From an uncultured Dehalococcoidales bacterium (GTDB lineage Bacteria; Chloroflexota; Dehalococcoidia; Dehalococcoidales; G020351185): DNA of 60,616 nucleotides. The position numbers and the translations under genes were made by a program. Positions 27,001 to 35,895 of this stretch are shown here, one piece after another; within the stretch, counting starts at the first letter, position 1, and each line of letters opens with the position of its first letter. The stretch lies in assembly GCA_964354125.1 (NCBI GenBank), contig CAYGXW010000004.1, positions 1-60,616 on the forward strand. Direction: 5' to 3'. The notes beneath the pieces were generated by a model, which searched no databases, had not been told where the DNA came from, and was given only the letters and a program-made list of their open reading frames with translations.

Positions 27001-27103
27001 TATTAGACCCTCTTCCTTCTCCTTCTTCTTTCTAGAAATCTTTATTTTAGCTAACAGTTTATCAATTCTACCACTATTGTCAAGGTTCTAATCTAAATAG
27101 ATT

Positions 27104-27272
27104 GCCTAACAACCTCACCCCCTTAATCCCCCTCTCCTTTCAAGGAGAGGGGGAAGGATTAGAATGGAGGGATTGCATCCCTCCAAACCTCCTGCTTTCC
27201 TTATTCCCCCTTCCTTTATTAGGGAAGGGGAGATTTTTGAAAGGGACTTTGCTCCTCTCAAACCACCCTTTT
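27104..27272. repeat. Palindromic repeat element, copy D
   Basis: Begins CTAACAACCTCACCCC like copy B; hairpins CCCCCTCTCCTT/AAGGAGAGGGGG, TGGAGGGAT/ATCCCTCCA and CCCCTTCC/GGAAGGGG. Confidence 0.8.
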
Positions 27273-27281
27273 ATAAAATAT

Positions 27282-27866
27282 TCAAAAATCATTCGCAATG
27301 ATGAATATTGAAGACAGCGCGCCTATCGCCGTTACCTTAGATATTGTGTCTTTATTTTTCTCCTCTGCAGAAAGATGGACTAGATTCCTGAATTGTCTCA
27401 CCGAATGAGAGAGTTGAGAGACACCATGTTTCAATAGACCATGTTTTTCACAAGCCTCAATATATCCATTAAAATCTTCCCTTTCTGGACGAATATTCTT
27501 ATATTTTAAATAAAGCCTTAGCATTTCCTCAATCACACCACCTGCCAATATTAGGGCAGGTTTTGAAAAACCCGACGAAACCAAGTCTTGTGCTTGTCCT
27601 ATATCACGAAATATAATCTCTCTTTTGAATCTCTCTTTTATAAATTTTATTTTAATTCCAAATTGTATCTTTGTGACACCAAATTCATGCTCAATGCTTT
27701 TCCAACCTGCCTCACCAGAAGCATCCCTAACTGATTTCGCGGCTTCTTCGGCTCTCCTTGCGGCTTCGGCAGCAGCACGGATGTTTTCATCCATTTCATC
27801 AAGAACTTTCACTATTGACTTTCTATAAATCTTGGGGGTCTATTGCGATTGATTATTCTCAGCCAT
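27282..27866 (-). pseudogene. Ala-rich coiled-coil plus HEPN/DUF4145-like protein with an in-frame TAG at codon 9
   Basis: AAGGAG RBS then ATG at 27866 gives MAENNQSQ*TPKIYRKSIVKVLDEM..., in frame with the listed 27282..27812 ORF; C-terminal RQFRNLVH. Confidence 0.55.
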
Positions 27867-27912
27867 TTTTTTAATCCAATCTCCTTAATTCAAGATGGTT
27901 CAGAGTATATAG

Positions 27913-28386
27913 CTAGTCTATATACTCTATCTGTGATGGTGGTTTATTCTTTATGTTAAGCTCTATACCCGCCTCTTTGAATAACGGGATAAAGGTATCA
28001 TCGTTATATTTACCAAAGCTAACAAACCGCTTTATCTTGGCATTGGTTAGCATCTTGGCACAGAGAACACACGGCGTATGGGTAGCGTAAATAATTGCTC
28101 CCTCAAGGCTGACACCATGGAGGGCCGCCTGGATGATTACATTCTGCTCAGCGTGAATAGCCCGGCAGATTTCGTGCCTTTCCCCGGACGGTATCCCAAG
28201 CTCATCCCTGAGGCAACCAAGCTCAAGGCAGTCCTTAAAACCGGAGGGAGCACCATTATAACCGGTAGCCAGTATCTGCTTATCCTTAACCGCCACCGCC
28301 CCGATATGATGCCGTCGGCAGGTTGAGCGTTCGGCGACTACAGCGGCTACCTTTAGAAAATACTCATCCGTACCCGGTCTCTTCAA
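27913..28386 (-). CDS. dCMP deaminase family protein (ComEB-like)
   Basis: RSTC, TGYNG, HAEQN and PCVLC zinc motifs. Confidence 0.93.
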   Translation of the reverse strand: MKRPGTDEYFLKVAAVVAERSTCRRHHIGAVAVKDKQILATGYNGAPSGFKDCLELGCLRDELGIPSGERHEICRAIHAEQNVIIQAALHGVSLEGAIIYATHTPCVLCAKMLTNAKIKRFVSFGKYNDDTFIPLFKEAGIELNIKNKPPSQIEYID

Positions 28387-28937
28387 CCCCGCCTCCTTAA
28401 AGCAGAGATGCTCTTCTTCGTTTCCTTTTCCAGATTCTTCAAAGTAGACTCGTTTAAGATGGTAAAGTCCGCCATGGCAATAGGAGCGCTCTTGTTGATT
28501 GTATTAATCTCTGCCTCATCACGGCTGGCAGCCTCTTCCATTGTCAAGGGACGTACTGCCCTAGCCGCCAACCTGGCATACCTCGTCTCTAGCGATGCCC
28601 AGACGGCAATGACATAGAACTTTTCCCTGAAGTAACCCCTAAGAAAGGTATATTCCTCCCAGGAGTAAAGCCCGTCAATGACCACCGGCGATTGTTTCAG
28701 CGCCAGGTCAATCCTGGATAGGTTCAGTATGGCGTAGACAGCCATACCATATTTTCTCCTCAGTTGTTCCCTGATGCGGCGCTCATTTTCTTCGTTTAAT
28801 GCTAACCCCTGCTTCCTTACCTCTTCATCGGTTACATCGCCAAACCTTATCTTGGTAAAACCATTCTCCTCAAATATTCTGGCTACCTCTGACTTACCGG
28901 CACCGGTCATACCCACAATGGCGACTACCTTCATCAT
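28383..28937 (-). CDS. P-loop nucleotide kinase (dephospho-CoA kinase-like)
   Basis: GMTGAGKS Walker A, VVIDG and ADFTILN motifs. Confidence 0.78.
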   Translation of the reverse strand: MMKVVAIVGMTGAGKSEVARIFEENGFTKIRFGDVTDEEVRKQGLALNEENERRIREQLRRKYGMAVYAILNLSRIDLALKQSPVVIDGLYSWEEYTFLRGYFREKFYVIAVWASLETRYARLAARAVRPLTMEEAASRDEAEINTINKSAPIAMADFTILNESTLKNLEKETKKSISALRRRG

Positions 28938-29040
28938 TTAACCCTAAGGTTTCATTATAAGTGAATGGTCGGCAAATAACAACAGAATGAACCTAGTAAC
29001 AAGCTGTGCTATAATTCGGACGACTCAATGGGATAGAAAG

Positions 29041-30288
29041 ATGCCTAAGATTACCAATCTAGCTGACGAAATAGAAAAGAAGTTACCCGCCGAGCTGGTC
29101 AGTTTCATAAAGCAGGCTGGCAAGCTCGCCGCCGGCAAAGGGGAAAAGGCCTATCTTGTCGGCGGCGCTGTTCGCGACCTTCTGCTGGGCGAGAGCAACC
29201 TTGATATTGATTTAGTAGTAGAAGGCAACGCTATAGCTCTAGCCCAAAGGTTAATAGACAACGAACCGGTCAAAATCACAATCCATCATCGCTTCAACAC
29301 AGCCAAGCTCCAGTGGCATGAATGGAGCGTTGACCTGACTTCCGCCCGCTCGGAAAGCTATGCACGACCCGGCGCCCTGCCCACCGTAAAACCCGGCAAC
29401 CTGGGTGATGACCTATTTCGCCGTGACTTCACCATCAATACCATGGCTGTTGAGCTCAATCCTGAAGGCTACGGACGCCTGATTGACCTGTACAACGGTC
29501 AAAATGACCTTAATAATAAGATTATACGCATTCTGCACCAAAGGAGCTTCATTGACGATTCTACGCGTATCTGGCGCGGTCTACGCTATGAGCAGAGGCT
29601 GGGCTTTCAAATGGAATCAGAAACCCTCAAACTACTTAGGCGAGATATACCCATGCTGGATACCATCAGCGGCGACCGAATACGATATGAACTGGAACGT
29701 GTTCTTAAAGAACAAATTCCAGAGAAAGTCTTCCAGCACGCTGAGGAACTTGGTGTGCTAGCCAAACTAAACCCTGCTCTTAGAGGCAACGGCTGGCTTG
29801 AGGATAAATTCAAGCAGGCACGGCAGATAAGTTTACCCAACCAGCCACCACCCAGCCTCTATATAGCACTGCTAACTTATCATCTTGCTGATAAGGAAAG
29901 GGAGCAATTTATTTCATACCTTAGATTAACCAAGACGCTAGCACAAACCCTGCGGGATACCAGCAGTATCAAAGCCAAGCTCCAACAGCTGGCCGACCCC
30001 AAACTCAACCCCAGTGGTATTTACCACCTGCTACACGGCTTTTCTCAGCAGGCAATCACCGCCAACCTTATCGCCAGCGATTCCCCGACAACCCGCCAAG
30101 ATATCCAGCTATATCTGGACAAGCTCCGTTATGTAAAGCCAGTACTTACCGGCAATGACCTAATAAAAATGGGCATCCCTCAAAGCCCCCGTATTAAGGA
30201 AATATTGAACAAGTTTCTTGACGCCAGACTGGATGGCAAGGTTAAAACAAAGCAGGATGAGGAGAAGCTATTAAAGAGGTTAGGATAG
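29041..30288 (+). CDS. cca: CCA tRNA nucleotidyltransferase (probable start MPKIT at 29041)
   Basis: YLVGGAVRDLLLG...DID, DLFRRDFTIN and SFIDDSTRI motifs. Confidence 0.9.
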   Translation: MPKITNLADEIEKKLPAELVSFIKQAGKLAAGKGEKAYLVGGAVRDLLLGESNLDIDLVVEGNAIALAQRLIDNEPVKITIHHRFNTAKLQWHEWSVDLTSARSESYARPGALPTVKPGNLGDDLFRRDFTINTMAVELNPEGYGRLIDLYNGQNDLNNKIIRILHQRSFIDDSTRIWRGLRYEQRLGFQMESETLKLLRRDIPMLDTISGDRIRYELERVLKEQIPEKVFQHAEELGVLAKLNPALRGNGWLEDKFKQARQISLPNQPPPSLYIALLTYHLADKEREQFISYLRLTKTLAQTLRDTSSIKAKLQQLADPKLNPSGIYHLLHGFSQQAITANLIASDSPTTRQDIQLYLDKLRYVKPVLTGNDLIKMGIPQSPRIKEILNKFLDARLDGKVKTKQDEEKLLKRLG

Positions 30289-30320
30289 ACGGATAGTAAA
30301 TAAACATATCATTATAATCC

Positions 30321-30953
30321 CTACTTCCTCCTCCTCTGCCACGGTTTAAACTGCCTGTCAATAATAAAACCCTTTCTCTCCGCTGGGTTTCGCAGGCTTC
30401 TTATTATTGCCGGCAAACCCCGAAGACCGGTAAAGATATACAGCGCCAGCGAATAGAAGATGAGGCTGGGCTCACCACCAAAGCCCCAGATAATAAGGGG
30501 CAGAAAGATAAAACCAACGCCCATTGCCAACCTTAAATTGCTGGTAGTAAAGGCAACCAGCAGCATTATGCCAAAGGCGATAGCCGACTCAACCGGCGCC
30601 AGGGCAAAAAACACCCCGATGGTGGTGGCACCACCCTTACCACCACTGAAGCCAAGAAAAACAGACCAGTTATGCCCAACTACTGCGGCAAAGCCGGTTA
30701 TAAAGACAATTACCTGAGAGTCGCTAAGCCACTGGGCAACAAGCACCGTCACCGTGCCTTTAACTATGTCGGCTATAAGGACAGCAATACCAGCCGCCGT
30801 CCCGACTTCCCGCATGACATTGGTGGCACCTATATTGCCACCACCCACCTGCCGTATATCCACCCCCTTCATCAGACGACCAGCGATATAGGCAAATGGG
30901 ATAGAGCCAAGAAGATAGCCAACAATGATAGCTAAAGCTGACTCTACTACCAT
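30321..30953 (-). CDS. plsY: Glycerol-3-phosphate acyltransferase
   Basis: YLLGSIPF, GNIGATNV and GHNWSVFLGFSGGKG motifs. Confidence 0.95.
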   Translation of the reverse strand: MVVESALAIIVGYLLGSIPFAYIAGRLMKGVDIRQVGGGNIGATNVMREVGTAAGIAVLIADIVKGTVTVLVAQWLSDSQVIVFITGFAAVVGHNWSVFLGFSGGKGGATTIGVFFALAPVESAIAFGIMLLVAFTTSNLRLAMGVGFIFLPLIIWGFGGEPSLIFYSLALYIFTGLRGLPAIIRSLRNPAERKGFIIDRQFKPWQRRRK

Positions 30954-30968
30954 TTTAACCCCCAGTGT

Positions 30969-31835
30969 TTATGGCAGTGGTTTAATGGCTTCCAGTGTCT
31001 CAGCCAGATAGGCTTCCAGCCCCTGACTGGTAAGCTTCTTATATATCTTCTCAGCCTGTACTTTATCCTTGACCAGAGTGAACAAAGCTGGCCCAGAGCC
31101 AGTCAAGTGAATGCTACCAGCCCCGGCTTTAGAAAACCGCTGCCGGTAGTCATCAAGCCCGTCAAAGTTATCATCGGCAATACTATCAAATACATTAAAA
31201 AGGTTGGCTGATGCCACATCGCTCCCCTTGGTCAGTAATACCACCAGCTCCTCTGTCATATGCCCATCGGTATAGTGGCTTGTCTTAAGGCTGGCATAGA
31301 GCCGCCCCGTCTTTCCGATATACCGGGGCACAGCTGGTACTAGCAATACAACCCACATGTTGGGTAAAGGGGGTAGTGGACTTACCATCTCCCCCCTGCC
31401 CTGAATTAGGGCTGTACCGCCAAAGAGGAAAAAGGCTACATCCGAACCCAACTGCGAGGCTAAATGAGCCAGCTCCCCCGGCGAAAAAGCCAACCCCCAG
31501 AGCTTATTAAGCCCGATAAGGACAGCTGCGGCATCACTGGAATCGCCGGCTAAACCCGATAACAGAGGAATTCTCTTAGATAGTTCTATAGTTGCCCCTT
31601 CGGAACAGCCTGAGGTTTCTTTAAGCAAACTGGCTGCCTTAGGCACCAGACTTTCTTCTAAAAGCCAGCCGGTATGGTCACACTTAATGACTATTTTCTT
31701 GCTTGGCTGGAAGTTAAGCTGGTCACACAGTCTGATGGTCTGGATGACACTGCGGACTTCATGAAAACCATCGGGGCGTTTAGACAGAGCTTCGAGGGTC
31801 AGGTTTATCTTAGCCGGTGCCTGAACTATTATCAC
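30969..31835 (-). CDS. ispE: 4-diphosphocytidyl-2-C-methyl-D-erythritol kinase
   Basis: APAKINLTL, IPLLSGLAGDSSDAA, LGSDVAFF and TGSG motifs. Confidence 0.94.
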   Translation of the reverse strand: MIIVQAPAKINLTLEALSKRPDGFHEVRSVIQTIRLCDQLNFQPSKKIVIKCDHTGWLLEESLVPKAASLLKETSGCSEGATIELSKRIPLLSGLAGDSSDAAAVLIGLNKLWGLAFSPGELAHLASQLGSDVAFFLFGGTALIQGRGEMVSPLPPLPNMWVVLLVPAVPRYIGKTGRLYASLKTSHYTDGHMTEELVVLLTKGSDVASANLFNVFDSIADDNFDGLDDYRQRFSKAGAGSIHLTGSGPALFTLVKDKVQAEKIYKKLTSQGLEAYLAETLEAIKPLP

Positions 31836-32739
31836 GGAGTCTCCTCCTTAATACCTGCCACAGTATTTGCCACTCTTCAAGAGACAGGGTCTCAGCCCTT
31901 CGCTTATATATTATACCCGCCTTGTCCAATAAGGGCATCACCTCAGCCTTGGAAATCCCCAGACCCTGAGCCAGGGAATTAGCCAGCTGCTTGCGGGAGG
32001 CAGTAAAGCCAGCCCGCACCAGTTTAAAAAAGCCATCTATATCCTTAATGTCTATGACGGGCTGAGAACATACAGTAATTTTTAGAATAGCCGAATCGAC
32101 CTCTGGTGCCGGATAAAAGCACCTGGCGGGCACATAGCTTACTATCTCTGGCTTACCATAGAACTGAACACTGATACCAAGCAGGCTCATCCGGCCTGGT
32201 TTGGCCACGATAGCTTCAGCCACTTCCTTTTGCACCATAACCACCATAAGCCGGGGTTTAGCTGAATCCTCAAGAAAATGGCGCAGGACAGGGGAGGTAA
32301 TATAGTAGGGCAGGTTAGCCACCACCTTGTAGCCAACAGAATTATCCTTTTTAAATGACAACCGCGTTCTTGGCTCCTCAATTAAAGCCGCCGGGGCAAC
32401 TTTAAGTATATCCTTATTGATAACAGTCACATTGCCAGCCGAAGCCAGAGTCTGCTCCAGAATGGAAGCCAGCCTATCGTCCAGTTCAACGGCAATCACC
32501 CAGCCTGCCTTCTTAGCCAGCTCCCTGGTCAGCACACCAAGCCCGGGACCTACCTCAATAACAATATCATCAGGGGCAAGTTCAGCGGCTGAAGCAACCT
32601 CCTCTAATACCTCTTGGTCGATAAGGAAGTGCTGTCCCAGCCTTTTCCTGACCTTTAGGTCAAGGCGGCGTAAAAGCCCCTTCGTCTGACCAAATAAAGT
32701 CTTACGGTAACCCTGGCTATATTCCACTTTTCCGGTCAT
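31810..32739 (-). CDS. rsmA: 16S rRNA dimethyladenosine methyltransferase
   Basis: LGQHFL, EVGPGLG, ANLPYYITSP and FYPAPEVDS motifs. Confidence 0.96.
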   Translation of the reverse strand: MTGKVEYSQGYRKTLFGQTKGLLRRLDLKVRKRLGQHFLIDQEVLEEVASAAELAPDDIVIEVGPGLGVLTRELAKKAGWVIAVELDDRLASILEQTLASAGNVTVINKDILKVAPAALIEEPRTRLSFKKDNSVGYKVVANLPYYITSPVLRHFLEDSAKPRLMVVMVQKEVAEAIVAKPGRMSLLGISVQFYGKPEIVSYVPARCFYPAPEVDSAILKITVCSQPVIDIKDIDGFFKLVRAGFTASRKQLANSLAQGLGISKAEVMPLLDKAGIIYKRRAETLSLEEWQILWQVLRRRLRDNSSGTG

Positions 32740-33467
32740 AGACCATGCTCCAGGCGGACTATCAAGCGTACCGGCAGGTTATTTTTCACCATTTTCCCCT
32801 GGGTGGCACCTATATCATAGGCAACGCGGTAGAACCTGACTACGCCCAAGTCACTATCGTATATAGCATAGCTGGCTCTGGGGTCGCCGTCCCGCGGCTG
32901 GCCAACGCCACCAGGGTTGATAATCATCCGGTTCTTGCCCAGAACCTGCCTGATACCCTCTGATAATGGAATGAATGAGCAGCCACCATCCTCCTGCTTA
33001 AAAATAAAGGGCACATGTGAATGCCCCACCAGACAGTATTTTGTTTTGAAACAGGCAAAGTTCTCCAGGGCACTGCCCTTGGATATTAGGTATTCCCAGA
33101 TGGGCTCCCTGGGACTACCGTGTACCAGGGTGAAATCACCCTTCTCAATAACCAACGGCAGGCTGTTAAGGTATCCAATATCCCCAGGTCTTAACTGCTT
33201 TGCCGTCCAGTGGCAGGCAAAGGCGGCATCCGGATTGAAACTGGCAATATCCAGCCTGCCTATAACCGCCAGGTCATGATTTCCGGCAACACAGATACGC
33301 TTGTATCTTCGTAGTAGCTTAATGCACTGGCTGGGTTCAGGGCCATAGCCAACTATATCTCCCAGGCACCAAAGCTCCTCCACCCCTCCCCTTTGCTTAA
33401 TATCGTCAAGTACAGCAGTAAAAGCGGCTAGATTGGCATGGATGTCAGCCAAAAAAGCATAACGCAT
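32736..33467 (-). CDS. Metallophosphoesterase
   Basis: DIHAN, GDIVGYG, GNHD, HGSP, GHSH and NPGGVGQPRDGDP motifs. Confidence 0.92.
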   Translation of the reverse strand: MRYAFLADIHANLAAFTAVLDDIKQRGGVEELWCLGDIVGYGPEPSQCIKLLRRYKRICVAGNHDLAVIGRLDIASFNPDAAFACHWTAKQLRPGDIGYLNSLPLVIEKGDFTLVHGSPREPIWEYLISKGSALENFACFKTKYCLVGHSHVPFIFKQEDGGCSFIPLSEGIRQVLGKNRMIINPGGVGQPRDGDPRASYAIYDSDLGVVRFYRVAYDIGATQGKMVKNNLPVRLIVRLEHGL

Positions 33468-33564
33468 CCTGGGAATATCATACCATAATGGGTAGCAATA
33501 TATAATGACTTATCTAGCTTAATTGACCCGCCAAAGGTGCTCATGATAAAATTACGCCAATAAT

Positions 33565-34197
33565 ATGGAGATTATCTGGCTAGGCCATTCCTGCTTCAAA
33601 CTTAAAGGGAAACAGGCTACAGTTATCACCGACCCATACTCACCAAACCTGGGCTACTCTCTGGGCAAGCAAACGGCAAGCATTGTAACGGTAAGCCACC
33701 AGCACCCGGGCCATTCCTTTAGTGATGGCATCAGTGGCAATCCTAAACTGGTTACTGGTCCTGGCGAGTATGAAATCAGCAATGTGCTAATTATAGGTGT
33801 AGCCACCTTTCACGACGAAAACAGGGGTGGCACAAGGGGTAAAAACACCATCTACCTCATAGAGATGGATGAAATACTAATATGTCACCTTGGCGACCTG
33901 GGGCACGTCCTAACTGATAAGCAGGTGGAAGAACTGGGTAGCGTTGATGTGCTGCTCATTCCGGTAGGTGGAGTTTCTACCATAAATGCCCCGGTGGCTA
34001 CCGAGATAGTGCGGCAACTGGAACCCAAAATAGTGATTCCCATGCACTATAAAACACTGGCAATAAACCGGGAGCTTGAGCCATTAGACAGGTTCCTTAA
34101 AGAAATAGGCGCTCATGATATAAGCTCTCAAAGCAAGCTTACTTTGACTAAATCAAGCCTTCCCATAAGCACCCAGGTTGTTCTACTGGATTATTAA
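33565..34197 (+). CDS. MBL-fold metallo-hydrolase
   Basis: WLGHSCF, TDPY, HLGDLGH and IPMHY motifs. Confidence 0.88.
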   Translation: MEIIWLGHSCFKLKGKQATVITDPYSPNLGYSLGKQTASIVTVSHQHPGHSFSDGISGNPKLVTGPGEYEISNVLIIGVATFHDENRGGTRGKNTIYLIEMDEILICHLGDLGHVLTDKQVEELGSVDVLLIPVGGVSTINAPVATEIVRQLEPKIVIPMHYKTLAINRELEPLDRFLKEIGAHDISSQSKLTLTKSSLPISTQVVLLDY

Positions 34198-34307
34198 ATT
34201 GTAACTATATTTTAGATTATTATCCCACCCTTTAATAAAGAGTAGGATTCTATTAGATAGGCACACCAGATATCAACTGGAGTCCTGCACCACTTAATAA
34301 TTTGAGC

Positions 34308-35390
34308 TTAAAAATCTATCCGTTTATTCCGTGGCAGGTCCAGCAAAATTTCCATTTCATCGTCCTGGGGCTCCGATTTCTTTCTATCTTTCTCCCCGGT
34401 TACGTTAAAATCCTGCTTAGCCTTCTGCTTTACCTCATTAAAAACCCTATTTGTTCCCTCAACCTCTCCCCTGCCATCACTTCTAATCCTTTTCCTGGCT
34501 TCGTTAATAATCTGCTCCGCCCTTTGCTTTGCCTCAGCAATAATCCCGGCCGCTTCCCATTCTGACTTCCGCTTTGCCTCAGCTATAACCTTGCCCATCT
34601 CTTCTCTAACCTTTATTCTGCCACTCTCCATAGCCTCGTTAATAATCTTTTCTGCCTTTAGCTTGGCTTCAGTAATAATTTTACCCGGTTTCTCGGCAGC
34701 CTCTTTCTTCCCCACCTCTCTAGCGTTTTTAATAATCCATTCCGCTTCCTGCCGCGCCTTCTCTTTAGCCTCCTTTATTTCTCTCTCCGCTTCCTGTTTT
34801 AATACAACGATAGCCTTAGCCGAGTCTTGCGCTTCCTTTTTCGCCAATTCCATCGCCTTACTGGTTACCTTTTCTGCTTCCTTTTTTGAATCAGCTACTA
34901 TCTTGCCTGCCTCTTCCTCGGCTACTTTCCCAGCCCTGATGACTATCTTTTCCGATTCCTGTTTAGCTTGTTTAATGATACGCTCCGCCTCCTGCTTCTT
35001 CTTCTCTTCAGCTAGCTGCTTGGCTCTCTCATCAGCCTCTTTAATAGTTTGTGCCGCTAGTTCTTTCGCCCGGGCAATAATTGCCGATGATTCCTCCTCA
35101 ACCCTTTTCCTGGCTTCATCCTTAAATTCGGCGGCAATTTGCTCAGCCTTCAGCCTAGACTCAACTATATACTTAGCCGCTTTCTGCTCAGCTTCCTTTG
35201 TTTTCTGTTTGATAATCTGCTCTGCTTCTTCTCGGGCTTTAGCGATAATATCGGTTGATTCCTGCTCAGCCTCTTCTAGTATCTTCTGCCTCTCTCCCTC
35301 AATGGCCTGCGTGAGCCTCTGCTTGTATTCATCAAGAATCCTGGCTGCCTCCTCAGCTCCATGCCTGACCTTATTACTCATGTCTTCCAT
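34308..35390 (-). CDS. Ala/Glu/Lys-rich repetitive coiled-coil protein (DivIVA/Scy-like periodicity)
   Basis: Recurrent AE.II..A(K/R)..A units; GGAGGTGA RBS. Confidence 0.75.
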   Translation of the reverse strand: MEDMSNKVRHGAEEAARILDEYKQRLTQAIEGERQKILEEAEQESTDIIAKAREEAEQIIKQKTKEAEQKAAKYIVESRLKAEQIAAEFKDEARKRVEEESSAIIARAKELAAQTIKEADERAKQLAEEKKKQEAERIIKQAKQESEKIVIRAGKVAEEEAGKIVADSKKEAEKVTSKAMELAKKEAQDSAKAIVVLKQEAEREIKEAKEKARQEAEWIIKNAREVGKKEAAEKPGKIITEAKLKAEKIINEAMESGRIKVREEMGKVIAEAKRKSEWEAAGIIAEAKQRAEQIINEARKRIRSDGRGEVEGTNRVFNEVKQKAKQDFNVTGEKDRKKSEPQDDEMEILLDLPRNKRIDF

Positions 35391-35468
35391 CTATTTCACC
35401 TCCTCTCTGATTTGACTACCATTACTTATCTAAACCATTATCTAGCAATACTCTTTATGCACTTTTTC

Positions 35469-35717
35469 CTAGTATTTATCAAAGATATTTAGAATAAAAA
35501 ATTTAAGGACATCATCCTGCTTAAACATTAGATTATGGTGTGCCCCGATTTCATAAGACCTTAATAACCCACTTTCGCCCCATCGCCTGACAGTACTAGA
35601 ATGAACGTCCAGGAAACGGGCAACCTCATCTACCGGCAATAACCTTGCCTGTAATTCGCCTTGGCGATATTCTGGTTTAACTACTACCTTGCCATTACTA
35701 TTGATATCCGTAATCAT
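35469..35717 (-). CDS. Small MerR-like/excisionase-type HTH protein (BldC-like)
   Basis: LLPVDEVARFLDVHSSTVRRWGESGLL pattern. Confidence 0.75.
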   Translation of the reverse strand: MITDINSNGKVVVKPEYRQGELQARLLPVDEVARFLDVHSSTVRRWGESGLLRSYEIGAHHNLMFKQDDVLKFFILNIFDKY

Positions 35718-35895
35718 TTATATAATTTTCCTATCTAAAATTAACTATTGATAACTTAAGTATACTATGATTTCCTACCATAACAATCCCCCAAACCTCC
35801 TAGTCTTAATAGTTAAAAAGTACTATTGGGAAATAAAAAAGTACTAAGAAAGGCCTTATTCTTATAAAAGATAAGCTCTATCAGGCAATCCCTGG

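Noticed and set aside
27102-27311. 69-aa ORF (PLIPLSFQGEGEG...)
   Set aside because: Translation of palindromic repeat D; no RBS or protein-like features
27840-27842. Genome-wide TAG recoding
   Set aside because: Several conserved genes (e.g. dnaJ, purM, cca) end at TAG at their expected lengths
34591-35415. 274-aa + strand ORF
   Set aside because: Antisense shadow of the low-complexity coiled-coil gene, which has the RBS
35469-35717. Prophage or ICE excisionase marking a mobile element
   Set aside because: No integrase, att repeat or phage genes nearby; the flanks look chromosomal
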